64,000 nucleotides of DNA from Oscillospiraceae bacterium (GTDB lineage Bacteria; Bacillota; Clostridia; Oscillospirales; JAAYXM01): the NCBI GenBank assembly GCA_017409405.1, contig JAFQSU010000075.1, positions 6,785-70,784 on the forward strand, given 5' to 3'. Within the stretch, counting starts at the first letter, position 1, and every line of letters begins with the position of its first letter. This document shows positions 1-8,395 of this stretch, one piece after another. Below the pieces are notes generated by a model. The model was not told the DNA's origin. It saw only the letters and a list, made by a program, of their open reading frames with translations, and did not search any database. The position numbers and the translations under genes are program-made.

Positions 1-1005
1 CAGCTGTTATCAAATGTTGCTAAAATACTTGTCATATTACTTACAAACAATCTTCTGCTTATGCAACTTTCGTATTGCATATTGTCACTTTTGCAGCTTC
101 TCTACGTATATGTTCATGCAAAACGGAGATATAAATGGTTAAGCATTAAGACGCAGCCGGATTATGAGGCAATTTCTCAAAGGAAATCCGTTCTTGTTCA
201 TCAGATTTCGGGAATGGTATTTAACAACACAGATATTTTGCTTTTGTCCTTTTTATGCGATTTTAGAGTCGTTAGCGTTTATACTATTTATAACATCTTC
301 TTTTCGCAGATTCAGACATTTATTACAAGCATCATTTCGGGTTTCAGTTTTGCTCTCGGTCAGATGTTCCATACTGACAGAACAAAATTTATGAAGGTAT
401 ATGATGTCTATGAAACGTTTTATATTATGGCTACCTTTGTTATTTATACTTTGATGGCGGTATTTTTGCTTCCGCTTATCCAGATATATACAAAAGGAAT
501 AAACGATGCAAACTATACAAATTCGCTTTTGGTAATTCTCTTTGTCGTTATGAACCTCTTGTCAAACGGTAAGCTTCCCTCAAATCATGTTCTTGAGTAT
601 TCGGGCAAATTTGAAGAAACCCGTTCTCATGCAATTTGGGAAATGATAATCAATATTGCAGTTTCAATAGTTTCAATTTTGAAATGGGGAATTTGCGGAG
701 CAATCCTTGGCACGATTGTTGCACTCTTATACCGAGGGACAATGATGATTTATTATTCAAACAGAAAAGTGCTGATGAGAGGAATGTTTCATACATATAA
801 GCTTTGGATAGTAAACGGAGCTGTTTTTGCTGCTTTAATGGCAATCTTTTATGTGGATAGCTTCAGCGGTCTTTCATTTACCAAACTGCTTATAAAAGGA
901 ATTATCCATTCTTTTTGGATAGTGCCTTTGTATATTGGAGTAAACTACATATTTTTCAAAAGGGCATTTAAAAACTTAATTGAATTATGGAGGAATAAAG
1001 CATGA
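1..1005 (+). CDS. Wzx-like polysaccharide flippase (MOP / polysaccharide biosynthesis protein family), 3' portion; the true start lies upstream of the window
   Basis: Frame 1 has no stop from nt 1, so the ORF-track start at 61 is probably internal. The product is almost entirely TM helices. It sits first in a glycosyltransferase operon and has a 4-nt overlap with the next gene. Confidence 0.6.
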   Translation, partial: QLLSNVAKILVILLTNNLLLMQLSYCILSLLQLLYVYVHAKRRYKWLSIKTQPDYEAISQRKSVLVHQISGMVFNNTDILLLSFLCDFRVVSVYTIYNIFFSQIQTFITSIISGFSFALGQMFHTDRTKFMKVYDVYETFYIMATFVIYTLMAVFLLPLIQIYTKGINDANYTNSLLVILFVVMNLLSNGKLPSNHVLEYSGKFEETRSHAIWEMIINIAVSIVSILKWGICGAILGTIVALLYRGTMMIYYSNRKVLMRGMFHTYKLWIVNGAVFAALMAIFYVDSFSGLSFTKLLIKGIIHSFWIVPLYIGVNYIFFKRAFKNLIELWRNKA

Positions 1006-1736
1006 GTATTCCGAAAGTGATTCACTATTGTTGGTTTGGAAAAGGTAAAATGCCGAAGATAGCACAAAAATGTATTAAAAGCTGGGAAAAGTATTGCCCC
1101 GACTATGAAATAATATGCCATAACGAAGATAATTTTGATTTGTCGCAAAATCGTTATATTCGTGAAGCCTATGAGGCGAAGAAATGGGCGTTTGTCAGCG
1201 ATTTTGCAAGGCTAAAGATAATTTATGATAACGGGGGAATTTATTTAGATACCGATGTTGAGCTTATAAAGCCTATTGATGATTTGCTGGAAAACAAGGG
1301 TTTTATGGGATTTGACGAAAAAGGTATTGTTGCAACAGGGCTTGGTTTCGGTGCAGAAAAAGGGAACAAGATAATCGGAGAATTTTTAAAAGATTATGAT
1401 GATATACCGTTCACTTTAGAGGATGGCAGCTTCGACCTTACTCCTTGTCCTGACCGAAATACCGATACCTTGATAAGGCTTGGTATGGACATTAAAAATA
1501 CAAATCAGACTTTTATGGATACGGTTTTTCTTCCCGGAGAGTATCTTTGTCCGATGGATTATTATACAGGGAAAAAGACCATAACGAAAAATACATATTC
1601 CATACATCATTACTGTGCAACGTGGACATCGGATGTAACTAAAAGAACTACACGGATTAAAAGAATTATCGGTGTTAAAATGTATGACAAGCTATACGGC
1701 AAGTTTTTGCATAAATTCAAATGGTTGGAGTGGTAA
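1002..1736 (+). CDS. GT32-like glycosyltransferase (DXD-motif sugar transferase)
   Basis: N-terminal IPKVIHYCWFG and GGIYLDTDVE (DXD) motifs are typical of GT32/capsule-type transferases. The start overlaps the upstream stop. Confidence 0.7.
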   Translation: MSIPKVIHYCWFGKGKMPKIAQKCIKSWEKYCPDYEIICHNEDNFDLSQNRYIREAYEAKKWAFVSDFARLKIIYDNGGIYLDTDVELIKPIDDLLENKGFMGFDEKGIVATGLGFGAEKGNKIIGEFLKDYDDIPFTLEDGSFDLTPCPDRNTDTLIRLGMDIKNTNQTFMDTVFLPGEYLCPMDYYTGKKTITKNTYSIHHYCATWTSDVTKRTTRIKRIIGVKMYDKLYGKFLHKFKWLEW

Positions 1737-1737
1737 T

Positions 1738-3270
1738 ATGCCTGAGCAAGTTATAAATAAAATCAAAAAGAGCGTTTTGCCACAGTGGAAGGTGTGCTTT
1801 ATCTGGTCAATTGTTATGGGACTTTGCGCTCATTTGTATAAAATAACAAATTGGTTGCCAAACTGGGATTCCCTTGTTTTCAGATATGATCCGCAAAATA
1901 TGATTTCAATGGGGAGATGGTTTCTTCCGGTAGTGTGCGCTCCGAGCTCCTTTTATGATCTGCCTTTCGTTGCAGGCCTTATGGCAATCATCCTTCACGG
2001 ACTTGGTGCTGTATGTATCTGCAAAATGTTTGACGTCAGAAAAAATATAACAGCGGCACTTATCGGTGCGACGGTAGCTACATTCCCCACGGTAACATCC
2101 GTGATGATGTATAACTATGTGGCAGACGGCTATGCTCTTGCATTCCTCCTTTCATGTATTGCGGCGTTGCTTCTCACAAAAGACAAGCCTTGCTTTTTGG
2201 GCTCTTTGGTATTGATGGCACTATCTGCAGGGATATATCAGGCATACATAACGGTTACAATAATGCTGCTGCTTTTAAGCTTGATTCTTGATGTGATTTA
2301 CAAAAAGGCAGATCCCCAAAAGCTACTGCTTAAATGCTTAAAGTTTTTGCTGACAGGCGTTTTTGGTGTGGCACTGTATTATTTGGTGATGTCAATTCTT
2401 CTCAAGGTCACGGGAATGACACTTTTGGAGTATCAGGGCTTTAATAGTTCGATATCTTTTAAAGGCATTGACATAGCGGCTGCATTATATGCGTTCAAAG
2501 AGTATTTTATCGGTTATTTCTTTGACTTTTCTAAAGGACCTAATGCGTTTGGCATAATAAACTGCGTTGTGTTTATTATGATTTTTGTCTTGTATTTGAC
2601 AGATATTATTAAGAACAAATTAAGTATTGGCAAAATCCTCATATTACTTGTTTATGTGATTTTGTTACCTGTTGGGGCAAGTGCGCTTAGCTTTCTAAAC
2701 AGCGGCATCGATTATCACAACCTGATGAAAATGGGGTTTTTGGTATTTTATCTGTTTCTTATACTTCAATACGAAAAGTCAGAAATGAAAATCACAAAGC
2801 TAAACGTCATAAAGTCTTGGGCGATCCTTGGTATAGTGGGACTGCTTGTGTTTAATCAAACAATAATTGCAAATGTCAGTTACCATAAGCTGAATATGGC
2901 TTATGAAAAATCTTATGGCACCTTAATCCGTATTGCAGACCGAATCGAACAGACCGAAGGGACAAAAGAATGTGACAGCATTTTGGTTTTAGGCTGTCTG
3001 CCCGAAAGCGAGGCTTACAGTTCAGTTCTGCCACCTGATATGACGGGAACGACAGATGGTTATATTTTGAGGGCAGACGATGAAATAGTCGGTCAAAGTG
3101 TTTTATGCAGTTCATTAAATGATTATTGTGGAAAAAAATATAAATTTATTTCAGGCGAAGAAAAAGCAAATCTTCTGAAAAAAATTGATGCAGACAGCTT
3201 GAATGGCTGGCCCGCAAAAAATTCAATCTCAGTAATTGATAATGTGATTGTTATAAAGCTTGGGGGTTAA
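1738..3270 (+). CDS. GtrII-like glucosyltransferase-domain membrane protein
   Basis: I prefer ATG 1738 (MPEQVINK), 1 nt after the previous stop, over ORF-track 1672. It has the LPNWDSL...MGRWFL N-terminal motif, many TM helices and a soluble C-terminal domain, as in serotype-converting GtrII-type transferases. Confidence 0.6.
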   Translation: MPEQVINKIKKSVLPQWKVCFIWSIVMGLCAHLYKITNWLPNWDSLVFRYDPQNMISMGRWFLPVVCAPSSFYDLPFVAGLMAIILHGLGAVCICKMFDVRKNITAALIGATVATFPTVTSVMMYNYVADGYALAFLLSCIAALLLTKDKPCFLGSLVLMALSAGIYQAYITVTIMLLLLSLILDVIYKKADPQKLLLKCLKFLLTGVFGVALYYLVMSILLKVTGMTLLEYQGFNSSISFKGIDIAAALYAFKEYFIGYFFDFSKGPNAFGIINCVVFIMIFVLYLTDIIKNKLSIGKILILLVYVILLPVGASALSFLNSGIDYHNLMKMGFLVFYLFLILQYEKSEMKITKLNVIKSWAILGIVGLLVFNQTIIANVSYHKLNMAYEKSYGTLIRIADRIEQTEGTKECDSILVLGCLPESEAYSSVLPPDMTGTTDGYILRADDEIVGQSVLCSSLNDYCGKKYKFISGEEKANLLKKIDADSLNGWPAKNSISVIDNVIVIKLGG

Positions 3271-3282
3271 GAGGTAAACAAT

Positions 3283-4140
3283 ATGATATATTTTTGTGCG
3301 GACGATTACGGTATATCGGCAGATGCAAACAGTCGCATAGAAAATTGTCTTAAAAATGGTGTTTTGAACAAAATAAGTATTTTGCCCAATGGTGAAACAT
3401 TAGATTTTAAGCAGCGTTTATCCGATAACGATGTGCAACTCTCTTTACATATCAATTTGGTTGAGGGATGTCCGCTTTCCGCTTCGGATGATATTGGTTT
3501 GCTGATATCAGAAAGCGGATACTTTAAATATTCTTTTGTAGGCTTGCTTCTCCTCTCCTTATCATCGAAAAGAAATGAATTTGAAAAACAAATCTATAAA
3601 GAAATGCAAAGCCAGATTAGATTCTGGAAACAGGCTATGGGTGAAAACGTATCAGTTTCAATAGACAGCCATCAGCACACGCATATGATACCGCTTGTTT
3701 TTAAAACCCTGATGCGTGTAATTGATGATGAGGGCTTGAATGTCAGATATATGCGGATTCCCGATGAGCCGATTTCGCCATATGTCTTTACACCATCATT
3801 ATATTTTGCATATAATCCTATAGGTTTGATAAAACAATGGCTTTTAAAAACCTTTGCTTTTAAGAACCGAAAGGAATTGAAAAAGGCAAAAATACCATCT
3901 GCATATTTCATGGGAATAATGTTTTCAGGGAAATTAAACGAAGCAAGAATAAAAAAACTGCTTCCGCATTATCTTAGACTTTCTAAAAAACATAATAAAG
4001 ATATTGAGATTGGATTTCATCCCGGATATATAAAAGCCGGAGAGAAATTGATTGACGGAAGCAGACAGGATTTTAAGAGGTTTTATTTTTCTCCCTGGCG
4101 CAACGTTGAGAATGACACGCTTATAAATTTTAAATTTTAA
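3283..4140 (+). CDS. YdjC/ChbG/HpnK-family carbohydrate deacetylase
   Basis: FCADDYG at the N-terminus and an internal DSHQHTH metal-site motif. Confidence 0.75.
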   Translation: MIYFCADDYGISADANSRIENCLKNGVLNKISILPNGETLDFKQRLSDNDVQLSLHINLVEGCPLSASDDIGLLISESGYFKYSFVGLLLLSLSSKRNEFEKQIYKEMQSQIRFWKQAMGENVSVSIDSHQHTHMIPLVFKTLMRVIDDEGLNVRYMRIPDEPISPYVFTPSLYFAYNPIGLIKQWLLKTFAFKNRKELKKAKIPSAYFMGIMFSGKLNEARIKKLLPHYLRLSKKHNKDIEIGFHPGYIKAGEKLIDGSRQDFKRFYFSPWRNVENDTLINFKF

Positions 4141-4168
4141 ATAAAAGAGACGAAAGAAGGAAACGGAA

Positions 4169-4849
4169 ATGCCTTACATCGAAAGTGAAAAGGTTGATGA
4201 AAAAACAAGAGTTAAATTAGAAGCGCTGATTGAAAAATCATATTTGTCTTATTGGAGAAAGAAAAGACTGTTTGATATATTTTTTGCGACTATTATTTTG
4301 CTTGGTTTCCTTCCTCTGATGATAATAATAGCAATTGTCATATGCATTGATGATCCGAGTGCAGGACCGTTCTTCAAGCAAAAAAGAGTAGGACGCCACG
4401 GAAAAGAATTTTATATGTATAAATTCCGCACAATGCGCCCCAATGCAGAAGCACTTTTGGAACAGTTAAAAGATAAGAACGAAATGGAAGGTCCTGTTTT
4501 CAAAATTAAAGAGGACCCCAGAATAACAAGAGTCGGAAAAATCCTCCGAAAATTATCTCTTGATGAATTGATGCAATTCTTTAATGTTTTCAAAGGCGAC
4601 ATGACCTTAGTCGGTCCCAGACCGCCTCTTCCGAGAGAGGTGGAATACTATACCGATTATCAGAAGCTTCGCTTGCTTGTTACTCCGGGAATTACTTGCA
4701 CCTGGCAGATAAGCAAAAACAGAAATGATGTTCCCTTTGAAGAGTGGGTTGAAATGGACCTTGACTACATACAAAACAGAACATTCCCGGGAGATTTGCT
4801 TATAATGCTCAAAACACCTGTTGTTATGCTTAGCGGAACCGGAAGATAG
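4169..4849 (+). CDS. Initiating phosphoglycosyl transferase (small bacterial sugar transferase, PglC / WbaP-C-terminal type)
   Basis: KRLFDIFFA followed by one hydrophobic helix, then YKFRTMRPNAE and LVGPRPPLP motifs. Confidence 0.85.
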   Translation: MPYIESEKVDEKTRVKLEALIEKSYLSYWRKKRLFDIFFATIILLGFLPLMIIIAIVICIDDPSAGPFFKQKRVGRHGKEFYMYKFRTMRPNAEALLEQLKDKNEMEGPVFKIKEDPRITRVGKILRKLSLDELMQFFNVFKGDMTLVGPRPPLPREVEYYTDYQKLRLLVTPGITCTWQISKNRNDVPFEEWVEMDLDYIQNRTFPGDLLIMLKTPVVMLSGTGR

Positions 4850-4865
4850 GAATGGAGATATAAAT

Positions 4866-5996
4866 ATGAAGGTTGCAATGGTTGGACATAAGGTTATCCC
4901 GTCAAGACGTGGCGGAATTGAAAATGTACTTACTTCTTTATGCCCGATACTGGCAGAAAAGGGTGTGGGTGTTACTTGTTATAATCGTTCGTCCGATAAG
5001 GTGGAAAATGAATATATCGGTACGGTGAAAGACAAAAAATATAAAGGTGTAGCACTAAAAAGAGCGTGGACAATCAATCACAGAGGGCTCTCTGCGATGA
5101 TTGCGTCCTTTACTGCGGCAATTTGTGCAACTTTCGGAAGATTTGATATAGTACATTTTCATGCAGAAGGTCCCTGTGCCGCCATGTGGATACCGAAAAT
5201 GTTTGGAAAACGCTGTGTTGCAACGGTTCACGGACTTGATTGGCAAAGAGAAAAGTGGGGCAAGGGGTTTGCTTCTAAGTATATAAAGTTCGGAGAGCGT
5301 GTTATGGTAAAATGCGCTGATGAAATAATTGTCTTAAGTGAAAGTGCCCGTGAATATTTTAAGAAAACCTATAACCGTGACACTGTGCTTATCCACAACG
5401 GAATAGAAAGACCTGTAAAAAAAGAAGCAAACGAAATCACAAAATTGTACGGACTTTCAAAAGGTGATTATATTTGTATTGTATCAAGACTTACAGCCGA
5501 AAAAGGTGTTCATTATCTTATTGATGCGTATAACAGCATAAAAACAAACAAAAAGCTTGTTATTGCAGGCGATACAAGCGACACGGACGAATATGTTGAG
5601 ATGCTGAAGACAAAAGCATCGGGAAATCCTGATATTATTTTTACGGGCTTTATATCAGGCGATGTCTTAAGTGAGATATACAGCAATGCTTACGTTGTTA
5701 CGCTTCCTTCTGATATTGAAGGAATGTCCCTTAGCCTTTTAGAGGCTTTTTCCTACGGCAATGCAGTTTTATGCTCTGATATTCCCGAAAACACATTGGT
5801 TACAGAAAACAAGGCAATGCACTTCAGAAAAAGTAATGTAAAAGATTTGGCAGAGAAACTGCAGTCAATGTGCGATGACGAAGAAATTGTCAATGAACTT
5901 AAAAACGGCGCTGACGAATTTATACTCGGCAAATACAACTGGAATGATGTTGCAAGCTCTACATTAGACCTCTATAAAAAAGTATTGAAAAAATAA
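4866..5996 (+). CDS. Glycosyltransferase family 4 (GT-B)
   Basis: Start taken at ATG 4866 (MKVAMVGHK) with a GGAG upstream, not ORF-track 4821, which overlaps the previous gene. RRGGIEN N-terminus and C-terminal EGMSLSLLEAFSYG (E-x7-E region). Confidence 0.8.
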   Translation: MKVAMVGHKVIPSRRGGIENVLTSLCPILAEKGVGVTCYNRSSDKVENEYIGTVKDKKYKGVALKRAWTINHRGLSAMIASFTAAICATFGRFDIVHFHAEGPCAAMWIPKMFGKRCVATVHGLDWQREKWGKGFASKYIKFGERVMVKCADEIIVLSESAREYFKKTYNRDTVLIHNGIERPVKKEANEITKLYGLSKGDYICIVSRLTAEKGVHYLIDAYNSIKTNKKLVIAGDTSDTDEYVEMLKTKASGNPDIIFTGFISGDVLSEIYSNAYVVTLPSDIEGMSLSLLEAFSYGNAVLCSDIPENTLVTENKAMHFRKSNVKDLAEKLQSMCDDEEIVNELKNGADEFILGKYNWNDVASSTLDLYKKVLKK

Positions 5997-6015
5997 AAGA
6001 AAGGTGGTTTATGTT

Positions 6016-6987
6016 ATGAAAGGATATGCACTAACTACAAAAACCAAGAAAAACATAAGAGTATTGCGACTCTTTTTAATAAGCCTGATTTTTGTTTCGA
6101 TAGCAGCATCTGTTGCGATAATTGGCTGTAATTATATCGGAAATCGTAACTTCAAAGAGACCTTCTATAGTGTAAGCAGCCTTAAGGTGAATAACAAGAT
6201 AAGAATTATTCAGATTTCAGACCTGCATAATTGTTCATACGGAAATGACAATGACAAGATGGTTGACAGAGTCCGAAAATTAAAGCCGGATTTGATAATT
6301 TATACCGGAGATATCATTGATTCAAAAGCAGAAGAAAATGACAAAGCCATAAGTTTATGCAAAGAACTTTCGGATGTTGCACCTTCATATTACATATATG
6401 GAAACAACGAAGTGGAAAAATATTATGATATTCCTCTTACTCAGGAATCACTTGATAAGAAGTTCGGATTTAATGATAATAACAGAGAACCGGATAAGCT
6501 TCTGGAATTGACAGACAATCTTACAAAAAAGCTTGAAGCTTCAGGTGTAAAAGTGCTGAAAAACAGTTCGGACACTGTAACAGTCGGCGCAACCAATGTG
6601 GATGTATACGGTGTGCTTACCTCAAATCCGTCATCCTTCTGGTTATACGCCGGTGAAAGCTTTGATGAGTATATGTATTCAAATGAGAACAACTTAAAAA
6701 TCACAGCAATTCACGAGCCGTTGGTGTTTGAAGAATATTTTCCCGACTCATGGGGCGACTTGATGCTCGCAGGACATAACCACGGAGGTACAGTTAAAAT
6801 ACCGATGCTTGGTCCTCTCTACACACATGACGGAGGATTTCTGCCGGATCGGGGCGGTCATTATGTTGATGGCAGATATGAGGTGCAAGGAAGACCGCTT
6901 ATTATAAGTTCGGGGCTTGAAAACAAGAATATTATGAGAATTAACAATCAGCCGGAAATTGTGATTGTTGATATAAATAAATTTTAA
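6016..6987 (+). CDS. Membrane-anchored calcineurin-like metallophosphoesterase
   Basis: ISDLHN, GDIIDS, GNNE and GHNHGG motifs. A Lys-rich N-terminus plus a single TM helix places the catalytic domain outside the membrane. Start at ATG 6016, after AAGGTGG. Confidence 0.8.
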   Translation: MKGYALTTKTKKNIRVLRLFLISLIFVSIAASVAIIGCNYIGNRNFKETFYSVSSLKVNNKIRIIQISDLHNCSYGNDNDKMVDRVRKLKPDLIIYTGDIIDSKAEENDKAISLCKELSDVAPSYYIYGNNEVEKYYDIPLTQESLDKKFGFNDNNREPDKLLELTDNLTKKLEASGVKVLKNSSDTVTVGATNVDVYGVLTSNPSSFWLYAGESFDEYMYSNENNLKITAIHEPLVFEEYFPDSWGDLMLAGHNHGGTVKIPMLGPLYTHDGGFLPDRGGHYVDGRYEVQGRPLIISSGLENKNIMRINNQPEIVIVDINKF

Positions 6988-7010
6988 TGTCGGAAAGGAG
7001 TGCTGAATAA

Positions 7011-8369
7011 ATGATTTCCTCGCTTTTGCAAAAATTACCTCTTGCTGCAGTGGGACTGTTGCTGGTCATATCGGCTTTGACAATATATTTTCGTTCAAAG
7101 AATGTTACAAAAAGTGAGTTCGTCAAGATATTCAAAAGCACACGATTAGTAGGTGCGGGGATTTTGATTTTTGTGATTCTTATTTCCGGTGTGTTCGGAG
7201 TTTTTAATCATATGAAAGCAAAACACTCTGTTACGGCTGTTGTAGCGCTAAATTATTCGGAGGCGTCTCAGGCTCAGAATTCGAACGGAACAAGATATAA
7301 TATGGCGGAAATAATCTGCGATGAGGTTGTGGAAAAAGCTATCGAAATGGGAGCTTTTGAAAATGTGACCGTAAAACAGTTAAAAAACTGCCTGTGTGTG
7401 TATCCTTATATACAGGGCGATGTGAATGATAAGTCAAATTATCACATTTCAACGGAATTTGTTGTAGAATATCACGCTTCAAAGCACACCGACCACTTAG
7501 ATGCAGAAAATGTAATTACATTGATAACAAGTGCATACAAAGACTACTACATAGAAAAATATACAGATAATTTCAGTGTTATAAACGAAGAGGATAAACC
7601 CGATTACAGTACAATGGAATATATGGACATTGTAACTTATCTGAACAAAGAAACAACTTCTATTTTAAATTATCTCTATGGAATGGCGGAAAAGGGGCCG
7701 AGCTTTGTCACAAAAAACAACACTACATTTCATGCGATAGCAGCAAAGATTCATCAGTTTAAGGAAACACAAATCGAACAAAATTTAAAATCCTTGATAC
7801 TGCAGCACGGAATAGCAAGAAATAAAGGTAACTATATTGACAGGCTTTCTTATCAGAATAAGAATACAGATTTTGACAAGCAAAGAAATAATGCTTCATT
7901 TGGCCTTTGCAATCGTGCAATAGATATGTATTCTGAGGAAATGACAAGAGTTGTTCTTGTCCCTACATGGGATGAAAGCGGAAAATATTATATGGGAAGA
8001 ACAAAAGTCGGTATTGATGAGCTTTCTGTTTTGGCAACAATATTCAGCGACAATGTTGCTTCAAATGAAAAAGAAATAATGGATAATAATCTCGTTATAG
8101 GGAAAATGCAGGGAGCGACCGCAAACACTTCCGCAAACGCAGAGGCAGACGCACTCATTGCATCCATAGATGAAAGCATAGATAACTTTACGGTTGAAGC
8201 TATAAATGCAGGCAGGGAATATTCAAATTACAGAATGAACCAATGTATTGCAGTCAGCATTTCAGGAACTTCTCTGTTTGGTGAGTTAAAGACAATCGTT
8301 ATATTTGCATTTTTATCTTACATTGCGGCGTGCGTTTTTGCAGTTTCCAAAAAGTTTCCGAAGGCATAA
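7011..8369 (+). CDS. PCP/Wzz-like membrane protein (uncharacterised)
   Basis: Two N-terminal TM helices, a ~340-aa hydrophilic middle and one C-terminal TM helix. RBS GGAAAGGAG lies upstream. I recognise no catalytic motif. Confidence 0.45.
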   Translation: MISSLLQKLPLAAVGLLLVISALTIYFRSKNVTKSEFVKIFKSTRLVGAGILIFVILISGVFGVFNHMKAKHSVTAVVALNYSEASQAQNSNGTRYNMAEIICDEVVEKAIEMGAFENVTVKQLKNCLCVYPYIQGDVNDKSNYHISTEFVVEYHASKHTDHLDAENVITLITSAYKDYYIEKYTDNFSVINEEDKPDYSTMEYMDIVTYLNKETTSILNYLYGMAEKGPSFVTKNNTTFHAIAAKIHQFKETQIEQNLKSLILQHGIARNKGNYIDRLSYQNKNTDFDKQRNNASFGLCNRAIDMYSEEMTRVVLVPTWDESGKYYMGRTKVGIDELSVLATIFSDNVASNEKEIMDNNLVIGKMQGATANTSANAEADALIASIDESIDNFTVEAINAGREYSNYRMNQCIAVSISGTSLFGELKTIVIFAFLSYIAACVFAVSKKFPKA

Positions 8370-8395
8370 ACACAAAGGTATATAGGAGGGTAAAG

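Noticed and set aside
8330-8395. ORF-track upstream starts for several operon genes (8330, 15951, 4821, 1672, 6004, 61357, 62596)
   Set aside because: Each would overlap the preceding gene by 35-86 nt or swallow its own Shine-Dalgarno. In every case a downstream ATG or GTG sits 6-10 nt after a GGAGG-like site.
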